Shown here one piece after another: positions 30,836 through 39,487 of a DNA stretch of 64,000 bases (the first letter of the stretch is position 1; the number at the start of each line of letters is the position of its first letter). The notes under the pieces were generated by a model. That model saw nothing but the letters and a program-made list of their open reading frames with translations, made no database searches and had not been told where the DNA came from. This DNA comes from an uncultured Gammaproteobacteria bacterium (GTDB lineage Bacteria > Tectomicrobia > Entotheonellia > Entotheonellales > Entotheonellaceae). The stretch covers positions 28,761 to 92,760 of the forward strand of contig CAVZBC010000079.1 of NCBI GenBank assembly GCA_963773125.1, given 5' to 3'. The translations under genes and the position numbers were made by a program.

Positions 30836-32515
30836 TTATGGCAGTGATGGCTCATCCGTTGGTGTCATACCTCTTGCCAGTGCGTCAGGGGCAACCCGTT
30901 TGAAGATGTAGACAGCTTCTGAGCCGCGGTCGAAGTCTGTTCTTGCCCCAAAATTGTGCCACGGCAATTCAGGGCGGTGTGTATCACGCCAATACACGTC
31001 GAGGACCTCGACCAGTTGAAACTGGGAGAGTGGACCACTGTCGCCCCTGTTCAGAGGGTGTTGCAAGAAAAAGGTAAGAAGCTGTGTCGTCGCTGCATGA
31101 CTGCCAAAGGCGATAAACCAGTCAGGAAGGTATTGCTCGATGAACACAGGGGCCTGTAGGGTAGTAACTACTGAGCGCGGCAGCTGTGTATGATGGTTCA
31201 ACAGACAACAGAATACCAGTGTCTCCCCTGTATAAAACATAAGAGGGTAATTCATATGCGGTGGGTAGGCAAACACCAGATCATCATGCTTGGCGTGGCG
31301 TTCCAGAAACTCGCTCACGGCTCTGTACGCAGTGGGGTAATCTTCATGAACTTCCTTGAGGTAGGCTGGGAGAAGCCAGCGAAATTCGCTGTGGAACGGC
31401 GTCAGCGTAAAGACATTCGTCGTCACATTGACCAGAAAAAAGGTCATGGCTACGGCCGGCATTTTTTCATGGAGGGTCCCGAGCAGGATGCCAACCACGC
31501 CAGTGAAAAATGGCAGCACTGGAATGAGATATCGCACGTCAGCGATAGTCGAAGCGCCGGTCGGTTGTGGCGAAAATAGGGCGAGGCAAGCGACATAGAT
31601 GAGACTCAGGATGAGCCATTCTCGCATAGTGCGCATGACGGGAGTCTGCTGGGTGCGGCAGCGTATGAGGAACACTCCTCCTCCTACTGCAGCGATCCAT
31701 GGAAAATAGCCAATAAGGTTGAGATCGCGGAGATTCCACCACAAGAGTGTTGCTTTGCGAATGTACCAAACTTCCCTGGCAGGAATGTCTGGGCGATACC
31801 ATATCTCATAGTAGAGGGCATATGGGATCGTCGCCGCAGCAATCAGGGAGAGTGTGCAGAGTCCTTTCCCCCACTCCTTGACGGATAGATCGTGGCTATG
31901 GAACACGCCATGCACACTCATCAAGGCAAGTAAAAACGCCCCGCCGAGTAAATGGTTGCTATAGAAGAGTAGCGTTGCCCAGAGGGCTAGAGCGAGAAAA
32001 TCACCCCAGTGTTTGGTACGTAGACAGGCACGGTAGCTCAGGTAAGTCAAGAGCGAGAAGAGCAGTGCTAAGGCATAGTATCTACATTGCCGGATATTCA
32101 GGAGAAATGCCGTTGAAAAGGCGAGACTGCCTGCGGCATACCCCCAGAACTGCATCTTGTTCCCGAGGATGTCGTGCATCAACCGGATGAACACGACCAC
32201 GCTGAGCAAACCCGCGATGACAAAGGGGAAGCGCCCAGCCCAGGTCGAGGCGCCAAAGGCCCGGAAAGAGGCGGCTGTGACAATGTATTCCAAGGGAGGA
32301 TTGATGATGCGCAAGTGTGGATCGAGCAGGGTGCCATTCCGAAAAGCGAAGAGATTACGGCCATCCCAGCCTGTGAAATGCCCTGTGGCGAGAAAATTCT
32401 TGGCGATGATGCCAACGTGGGCTTCATCGTCCCAAAAATAGGTATTGTGCAGGTGAGCAAGGCTCACATAAGTACAGGCCAGGCACCCCAGAATGAGGAC
32501 GTATAGAGGTTTCAT
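30836..32515 (-). CDS. ArnT/PMT_2-like GT-C glycosyltransferase (GT39/GT83-type), no TPR domain
   Basis: Polytopic protein with YFWDDEAHVGIIAKNFLATGHF in the first loop and NPPLEYIVTAASFRAFGASTWAGRFPFVIAGLL, which follows the ArnT pattern (DE..ya.iA, kPPL.yw, fG.s.wa.R). ATG 32513-32515 is preceded by a GAGGAGG RBS. Confidence 0.7.
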   Translation of the reverse strand: MKPLYVLILGCLACTYVSLAHLHNTYFWDDEAHVGIIAKNFLATGHFTGWDGRNLFAFRNGTLLDPHLRIINPPLEYIVTAASFRAFGASTWAGRFPFVIAGLLSVVVFIRLMHDILGNKMQFWGYAAGSLAFSTAFLLNIRQCRYYALALLFSLLTYLSYRACLRTKHWGDFLALALWATLLFYSNHLLGGAFLLALMSVHGVFHSHDLSVKEWGKGLCTLSLIAAATIPYALYYEIWYRPDIPAREVWYIRKATLLWWNLRDLNLIGYFPWIAAVGGGVFLIRCRTQQTPVMRTMREWLILSLIYVACLALFSPQPTGASTIADVRYLIPVLPFFTGVVGILLGTLHEKMPAVAMTFFLVNVTTNVFTLTPFHSEFRWLLPAYLKEVHEDYPTAYRAVSEFLERHAKHDDLVFAYPPHMNYPLMFYTGETLVFCCLLNHHTQLPRSVVTTLQAPVFIEQYLPDWFIAFGSHAATTQLLTFFLQHPLNRGDSGPLSQFQLVEVLDVYWRDTHRPELPWHNFGARTDFDRGSEAVYIFKRVAPDALARGMTPTDEPSLP

Positions 32516-32550
32516 TGGGCCTCCTCTGCACCAATGGCGTCTCAGGCTGT

Positions 32551-34316
32551 TCAATGACTTGCCAGGCGTTTGAGGAAGGCCATTTCTCGGCGGGGGTCCT
32601 CAACATGATTGAAGTAAAACCGTTTGAACTTCAAAAAAGTAGTGGACACTTCCTCAGACGACAAGGTGTGTAATCGAGCGATATACGCATCGAGCTGGGT
32701 GGGAAAATCCATGAACACTGCTCCGCGCTGCTGCAGCGCTGCCATGAGGGGTGGATCCCAATGCAGGATCCGACCGCGAACCCCATCCAGGAGGATTTCA
32801 CTCCTAGGGATGAACTGATCGAGACCCAGGGCAAAGGGACCGCCTGGGTGAAAGATGAAATGGACTTGTCGTTCGTCGATGAGATACGACACCGGAGCGT
32901 GTTTTTCATGACCAATACGCCCACGATGTTGGAGAGTCTGCCTGGCAATGAAACGGTCCGTCAGACCGGTTTCGCTCTCGATGGCGATGGGGATCGCGGC
33001 GCGGTAGACGAGCCGTGCTTCTGCACCAAAAAAGGCCACCCGTACGGGCAGGCCGGCAAAGTAGCGTTTCAAAACGACGGCATGATGATCGGTCGTCTCA
33101 TCCCGCCTTGACACATAATACATCCACTCATTGCTGATGCCCTTGACCCATTGCGTGTCTGTAACCGGAAAGGGAGTGAGCAGGAAACTCAGACTCAGTA
33201 GAGCTGCTAGACCAATATGGATCAAGGGTTGTACAGCGGAGAGTCGAATCAGGCCGAGCTCGAGTACAATGAGATAGAAAGGCACAGTGGGGACGAGCAT
33301 GCGGGCAAACATAAAGTCTCCACCGATACGTATGATGTAAACCGTATACGTAAAAGCAAAAGTACCTGCGAGGAGCGCCTGAGGCATCAACTGCCGTTCC
33401 TGAGACAGCTTCTGCTGGCAGACGCCAGGCTCTCCACAGCACAGCAAGGAGACAAAGGGGGGCTGGCAAGAGTGCCCAGTACTTACGAAAGTACAACACG
33501 GCGTATTGCCAGCCCTGCGCATACCAGGTCAAGTAAGCGGACTTGGCGTAATAGGTGTTGGGGAAGAAATCTTCGTAGTACAACAGCCGCCAGGCTACAA
33601 ACGGCACCCATAGCACAGCGACACTTAGACCATAGATGAGAGTGCATTGGAACCGGGGTGTTGCCGTCAACACCACAAAGAGACCGGCGATAGCGGCGAG
33701 AAGTATACCATCAGGCCTAGTCAAAGCCGCTAACCCAAAGACAAGGCCAGCTCGCGACAAGCTGTTTAGGGCCGAGAGCTGCGGGAGTCAGTAGGAGATA
33801 TCCGACCAGAAGCAAGAAGGTATACAGGGAGGTTTCAAGCCCACTCGTGGCATAGATGTTCCAGTCCAAATGAAACGCCGCTCCCAAGGCAGCTATTGGT
33901 AATGCCAGCGGGCCGGTGGACACCAGTTGTCGGAGCCGAAAGTGATAGGTGATGAGCAAGGACACTGAGCCTACATAGCAGGCGATGCCCCAGAACTGCG
34001 ACCATCCTTCAGCGGTGTATCCTAAGGCCAGACCGGGGGTAATCCAGAGCGTCCAAAGAAAATTTGTATAGCCTTCAACGCGCTCTCCTGCATTGAAGAC
34101 CAGGCCGAGTCCTGCCAGTAGGTTATGGGCGTATCGATAGCTAATATAAGCATCGTCACATATCCAGGCTGCAGCAACTGCTGCAGCAAGACTCCAGATA
34201 AATGCGAGTAAGGCGCTATAGCCGACTGTACGGGACTGCTGAAGAGCTGCCGTGGCGGCTCTGACCTTGTTCAACACGTCAGTTGTTCCTTTCAGGGTGA
34301 GCAATGAGCGGAGCAA
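32551..34316 (-). CDS. Second non-TPR GT-C-like membrane protein with a C-terminal soluble domain (two frameshifts)
   Basis: Three consecutive ORFs (33717..34316, 33128..33760, 32551..33522) read as one polytopic protein. The first loop carries a DD motif (WICDDAYISYRYAHNLLAGLGLVFNAGERVEGYTNFLW). Shifts lie at ~33717-33760 and ~33400-33522. The start codon is uncertain (TTG 34316 or a downstream GTG). Confidence 0.55.
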
Positions 34317-34605
34317 TAACGATCAGCATAAGGAGCGCCGCGTGTGCCTCACAAGCGTACTAGCCAGGAAGCAATAAATATGCCAGGTGTCTGGAGAGGC
34401 AAGGCCTGCCTTGGAGAGAGAGCATCACCTCGCCTCGCCGTTTCGTCGCTGCTCCATTCACCTGTGAACGCACTTTCCATCCTCTCTCCGTTCTTTTTAC
34501 TGTCAGATTTTTGACTAGAATGCCATAAAGCTACCGCGCTGAGAGGACAAACGGGCCAGAAAGATAGGAAGGACGCTGGCAAACTCTCGCTACTATGTCA
34601 TCCAG

Positions 34606-34649
34606 AAAGGGCGGCATGATGTTTGCTAAATCCCATTTAAAGGGCGGCA
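34606..34649. promoter_or_regulatory. Two perfect 11-nt direct repeats (AAAGGGCGGCA) in the divergent promoter region
   Basis: Copies at 34606-34616 and 34639-34649, 33 nt start to start (about three helical turns). They lie upstream of the sigma54-like element and the ppm1-like gene. Confidence 0.5.
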
Positions 34650-34667
34650 AGTGGAGTCTAATAGATC

Positions 34668-34683
34668 TGGCACAGACGAGGCT
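34668..34683 (+). promoter_or_regulatory. Sigma54-like -24/-12 promoter element upstream of the ppm1-like gene
   Basis: TGGCACAGACGAGGCT has a perfect -24 TGGCAC and correctly spaced GG-N10-GC, but a weak -12 (AGGC instead of TTGC). It is followed by RBS AAGGAG (~34698) and ATG 34714. Confidence 0.35.
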
Positions 34684-34713
34684 CTCGTTTGCAGATGAAG
34701 GAGTGACGGCTGC

Positions 34714-35551
34714 ATGGTAAGTTCTGAGATTACTTCTAGACGAGCCGAGGTCCAGACACTTCTTCCAGAAATGCCACAGTTATCCATTATTGTGCCCACG
34801 TTTCAGGAGGTTTCAAACCTCCCGTTGTTGGTCGCGGAAATCACCTCAGCTGTGGCACCGATGCTTCCAGATTGGGAGGTGATCATCGTAGATGACAATA
34901 GTCAGGATGGGTCTGTTGAGGTCTGCGAACGGTTACGGGATGAAGGGTACCCCGATCAGAATCGTGGTCCGTACCAATGCCCGTGGGCTTTCCTCCGCCG
35001 TTGTTGAAGGTTTTACGCATGCACGAGCCCCTGTGCTGTTGGTCATGGATGCTGATCTTTCACATCCTGCGGACGCCATTCCTCGTCTCTATACAGCTAT
35101 TATAGAGGGCGCTGATTTTGCTATCGGTTCGCGGTATATTCCAGGTGGGAGCACCGATGATCGGTGGAGTGCATACCGCTGGCTCAATTCCAAAGTGGCC
35201 TCTGTGCTAGCCAAACCATTGGCGTCGTTGAGTGATCCTACCGCTGGATTTTTTGCGTTACCCCGCGCGCTGCTAGGGCAGTGTGCACCGCTGAATCCTG
35301 TGGGATATAAGATTGCCCTTGAAATTCTCATCAAAAGTCGGGCCTGCCGTATCCAGGAAATTCCGATTCATTTTCGCACCCGACGGTTTGGCAAGAGCAA
35401 ACTAAAGCTGAAACAGCAGGTGCTTTACCTCTCTCACCTGTATGCTCTCTACAGGTTTAAATTTTCCCAGACTGCTCCTCTTCCACACACAACCACAGCA
35501 GCCCTTCCCTCCCCCTCAGTACCGCTGCACGATAGAGAAAAAGTCCGATAA
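34714..35551 (+). CDS. GT2 polyprenyl-phosphate sugar (mannose-type) synthase, Dpm1/Ppm1/GtrB-like (one frameshift)
   Basis: The motifs are LSIIVPTFQEVSNLPLL...WEVIIVDDNSQDGS (ORF 34714..35007), then IRIVVRTNARGLSSAVVEGF...VMDADLSHP (ORF 34892..35551). The span is 838 nt = 3n+1. Confidence 0.8.
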
Positions 35552-37368
35552 TGCGACACAAACAAAACTATTTGATCGCACTAGCAGCGTTAGCTCTCAT
35601 AGTGTTCTATCACATGATATTTCGACAATTCTTCCCAAATATGCATGGGAAAATGGGTCACGATTATGCCTTATTCTTGCCTAAACTATTAGATGGGTAC
35701 TTTTGGTTCAGTATAAACGGCATTTTTTCTATTCCATGGTTTACCCCAGCATTTTGTGGAGGTATCCCCCTTTTTCCAGATCCACAGAGTATTTATTATT
35801 CTGTTCCACAGTTTCTGAGTTTTGTATTCGATCCAGTTACTAGTGTGCATATGACAGTTATGCTCTTTGCTATATTAGGATTCTTGGGGTTTTATATATT
35901 ACTGCAGAGAGTGTTTCAAACAGGAGCATGGCTGGCTCTATTAGGGGGAGGGCTTTTTCTCTTTAACGGGTTTTATATACATCGGATGCTTATAGGGCAC
36001 CTTACCTATCATCCCTTCATGCTGATCCCGCTGCTCGCCTTCTTTCTTTTACGCTCCGGTGCTGCGACACCGTCACGGGGAGCGAGAGGCGTTATGTTGG
36101 ATGGGGTGATGGCGGGGATAGTACTGGCGTATATGTTTCAGGCAGGAATGGTCAACGTGACCCTTCCCGCCGTCGGCAGTGTTATTATCATCGGGTTAAT
36201 GTATGAAGCGATCCATCACAAAACAGTACGATTCGGGTTACGGCTGATCTGTGCAGGGGGCATCGCTGTCGCGTTCTGCAGTGCTAAATTGGTTGCGGCT
36301 ATGGCATATCTGCACTACTTTGGGCGGGACATGTACAAACTCCCAGGAACACAGACTCTGGCAGAGGCGGTGCTGATCGCGCTGCATTCGTTATTTATTG
36401 CTCCTGCCTTCGCGCTTGCGCATGAGATGTTGGTCAATGTGCAGTGGGGTCTGGACCGACATGAATTCGAGTTCGGGGTGACCTTGGTGCCCTTGGTATG
36501 GCTATTCGGAGGCAGCATGGCCATGATCCATCGTGCACGAAAGCACGGGTTGTCCTGTCATTCCCTACGCCAACAGTGGTTCCGTATCGTTCTCATCGGT
36601 GGTCTCCTCTTTCTACCGATCTGTCTGAACTATTATACGCCTACCTGGAATGCCATCCTCAAGCACCTACCGATTCTCAAAAATAGTACCTCACTTATTC
36701 GCTGGATAAGCCTCTATATCCCGGTGGTCATTGTGCTTACCGCCCTCGCCGGGGCAGTGCTGCGCTCACCAACCTTCCATCCGTATGCAGTGGTCGCGAG
36801 TTTGGCGACCGTGGTCCTGCTCAATATCTGGACTGATCGTCAGTTCTATCATGATCAAAGCTATGATCCCCGCCAGATTGTCACGGCCTATAACGAGGTA
36901 CAACTGCAGGGCAGGTCGCCAGGGATTACGCATATTGTCATGTATACGGATCAGAGGGGCCGAGGGATAATGCCCCAGGGGCGGAATGACGTTTTGGTGC
37001 AGGGCGGTTCTCAGTTACTGTGCTACGAACCCCTGTTTGGTTATGCCTTGGAGAAGTTTCCCATACGAACCTTGCGTCCGGATTCGGTATTCGCGGTGCG
37101 TGAGGAATACCTCAATCTGAAGAATCCTGTGTGCTATGTCTACCCGCTGGAAAATGCCTGTGAGCCAGGAGAGCATTTCTTAGTAGATCAACAGGAAGTG
37201 GCAAAAGCTTTCAGCACCTACAAACCGATTCCCTTTCGTCTGCCAGCGTGGCAGAAAGCCGCTAATGTTTTCAATCTCCTTACGCTAGTGGGGAGTGGTG
37301 GAGTCCTGCTCGTCGCTGGTGGAGCAAGCTGTCGTCGCTGGTGGAAAAGCCGTAGAGCATCAATATGA
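35551..37368 (+). CDS. 605-aa polytopic membrane protein of unknown family (candidate GT-C/GtrC/YfhO-type partner)
   Basis: The ATG overlaps the ppm1-like stop (TAATG at 35549-35553). It has about 12 predicted TM helices plus a ~190-aa C-terminal soluble part. I recognise no motif. The first ~450 nt are markedly AT-rich. Confidence 0.6.
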   Translation: MRHKQNYLIALAALALIVFYHMIFRQFFPNMHGKMGHDYALFLPKLLDGYFWFSINGIFSIPWFTPAFCGGIPLFPDPQSIYYSVPQFLSFVFDPVTSVHMTVMLFAILGFLGFYILLQRVFQTGAWLALLGGGLFLFNGFYIHRMLIGHLTYHPFMLIPLLAFFLLRSGAATPSRGARGVMLDGVMAGIVLAYMFQAGMVNVTLPAVGSVIIIGLMYEAIHHKTVRFGLRLICAGGIAVAFCSAKLVAAMAYLHYFGRDMYKLPGTQTLAEAVLIALHSLFIAPAFALAHEMLVNVQWGLDRHEFEFGVTLVPLVWLFGGSMAMIHRARKHGLSCHSLRQQWFRIVLIGGLLFLPICLNYYTPTWNAILKHLPILKNSTSLIRWISLYIPVVIVLTALAGAVLRSPTFHPYAVVASLATVVLLNIWTDRQFYHDQSYDPRQIVTAYNEVQLQGRSPGITHIVMYTDQRGRGIMPQGRNDVLVQGGSQLLCYEPLFGYALEKFPIRTLRPDSVFAVREEYLNLKNPVCYVYPLENACEPGEHFLVDQQEVAKAFSTYKPIPFRLPAWQKAANVFNLLTLVGSGGVLLVAGGASCRRWWKSRRASI

Positions 37369-37461
37369 CCGGGTGAATGGGCTGGGAAGGAAGGATGGGT
37401 AATCCTGAACGAGAGGACTCAGGTAGCAGCCGGGTGCCACCGGAGTCCCCTCAAGGCAAGG

Positions 37462-37480
37462 GGTATTACCGGCTAATACC
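37462..37480 (-). terminator. Stem-loop directly downstream of the pilin gene (no U-tract)
   Basis: GGTATTA-gccgg-TAATACC on the minus strand (7-bp stem), 9 nt after the pilin stop codon. It lies in the convergent gap with the 605-aa gene. Confidence 0.3.
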
Positions 37481-37488
37481 GCCAGGAG

Positions 37489-37890
37489 TCACCGTAATGG
37501 TTTTCCCGTCGTCCCATCGGGCACGTTGACGGTCATGGTCAGCGAGTAATCGCTGCCGTCAGACGTGAACGAGACGCTGGTAATCTGCAAGTCTTGCGAG
37601 TTGGATTTCAATGAGCCGCCATTGGCATTCACAATGCTCATGAGCGAGGCCCAGTCCGTGATCGCAGAAGGATACAGATTGCCAGAGCTATCGGCGGCGA
37701 AGTTGGCCATTGAAGCGCGGATACTTTCGCCAGTCCCTACTGCCGAAGCGACCCGGCTCTTGTTACGATAGGCAAGAAAATTCGGCACTGCAATAGCAGC
37801 AAGAATACCGATGATCGCCACGACGATCATCAATTCAATCAGAGTGAAACCTTGTTCCTGTTTACGCGCTTGGCGAAGTCTACTCAGCAT
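37489..37890 (-). CDS. pilA: Type IV pilin (prepilin with class III signal peptide), 133 aa
   Basis: [45 protein letters not shown] has the G-FTLIE cleavage/methylation motif with E5. The N-terminal helix is very similar to Geobacter-type PilA. A GGAGG RBS precedes the start. Confidence 0.9.
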   Translation of the reverse strand: MLSRLRQARKQEQGFTLIELMIVVAIIGILAAIAVPNFLAYRNKSRVASAVGTGESIRASMANFAADSSGNLYPSAITDWASLMSIVNANGGSLKSNSQDLQITSVSFTSDGSDYSLTMTVNVPDGTTGKPLR

Positions 37891-38423
37891 GAATGAACCT
37901 CCAGCAAAGTTAAGGTCGATAGAGTTTGAAGAGACATCAGTCTGGTGTACTTATGGGGCCTCGCTCTTCACCTCCTTTTCGTGTGGGGAGCACTGTGCTC
38001 CAATGATAGCGCTCGTCCATCGGCCCAACTCGAGATCCACATCTGGTGTAGACTCGCGCCGGCAACCCAGCCACCCAGTGACCGCCATGCAGACATGCTG
38101 TTCACACGCCTTTTGTGCCTTCACTGCACGGTCCTTTGGGCCTGTTGGCTTTGCGTCCTATCCTTTCCGAATAGTTTGCCCTCGTTCCGCAGTTCCCCAC
38201 ACACCTTCGTTGCGGCGCGGAGGAGAACTGGAACAGACCCGCATCACGTTTTGTTGCGCACGGGTACTTTTCGACGACTGATACATACCTGATAACTTCC
38301 GTAGGACTTCCGTAGTGTCAGGCCTTCCTCTTATCGGCCGCCCCAGGAGGGAACTTTAGAGTATTCTTGGTGATACAGATCACTACGGTGTGGGAGGGAT
38401 GCGAAGAAAAGCGCGGGTATGCT

Positions 38424-39487
38424 TCACGCTGGAGGCATTGGCAGTCCCAGCCGCTGGCGGATTTGGGTCTCTAGCGTGGCTACGACCTCGGGGGCGCTGT
38501 GGAGGAACGCTTTCGCATTTTCTCGCCCCTGGCCGAGGCGAGTGTTGTGATGCGAGAACCAGGGGCCATTTTTGACAATCACTCCGTGTTCTACAGCGAG
38601 ATCAAGCAGTTCGCTCAGACGCGAAATCCCCTCACTATGAAGAATATCAAACTCCGCCTGCCGAAAGGGAGGAGCGAGTTTATTTTTGACCACCCGCACC
38701 CGGGCGCGACTGCCAAAGATGGTTTCCCCACTTTTTAGGATATTGATGCGTCGAATATCGAGTCGCACTGAGGCATAGAATTTCAGGGCATTCCCACCCG
38801 TCGTGGTTTCGGGATTCCCAAACACCACACCGAGTTTTTGCCGCAGTTGATTCAGAAAGATAACGCTCGTGTGGGATTTACTGATTATCGCTGTGAGCTT
38901 GCGCAGCGCCTGAGACATCAGGCGTGCTTGTACTCCCATGGGCGCTGCGCCCATATCACCGTCAAGTTCTGCTTTGGGAACAAGGGCGGCGACCGAATCG
39001 ATGACAATAACGTCGAGAGCACCGCTACGCACCAATAAATCCACGATTTCCAGCGCTTGTTCGCCCGTGTCCGGCTGAGAGACGAACAGCTCCGCAGTTT
39101 CTACGCCGAGCTTGCGGGCGTAGAAGGCGTCGAGAGCGTGTTCAGCGTCAATGAAGGCAGCCAGCCCACCCTGCTTTTGGGCTTCGGCAATGACGTGTAA
39201 GGCGAGAGTCGTTTTCCCTGAGGCTTCAGGGCCGTAGATTTCGACGACACGTCCCCGGGGAATGCCACCGATGCCCAGGGCCGCATCGAGCGCTATCGAA
39301 CCAGTCGAAATGGCGCGCACATCGGCAAAGGCTTGTGAAGTCCCGAGACGCATGACACTCCCTCGTCCAAACTGTTGTTCAATATGGCCAATGGCGTAGC
39401 TGCAAGGCCTTTGCCTTGTCGGTCTTGTCGGCTGACATAACGCTTTCCTGTGGCTGATCTCGATACTATACACGCGCGGCAACTCAT
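38424..39487 (-). CDS. recA: Recombinase RecA (one frameshift near the 5' end)
   Basis: The core is in ORF 38424..39599 ([26 protein letters not shown]). The true N-terminus (..RQGKGLAAT..) is in ORF 39293..39487, whose ATG forms an ATGA overlap with the thpR stop. The span is 1064 nt = 3n-1. Confidence 0.9.

Noticed and set aside
34668-34694. TGGCAC ... TTTGCA (34668-34673 and ~34688-34693) as the -24/-12 pair
   Set aside because: The spacing is about one helical turn too long. The correctly spaced but weaker GC at 34681-34682 is reported instead, with low confidence.
37987-38001. TGGAGCAC..TGC on the minus strand upstream of pilA as a sigma54 promoter. A GG-N10-GC match (GGGTGGCTGGGTTGC) lies ~170 nt upstream of the ATG.
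   Set aside because: In the first, the GG to GC spacing is two nucleotides short, and the sequence is better described as a perfect palindrome. The second has a good TTGC but a poor -24 box. Neither is convincing by eye.
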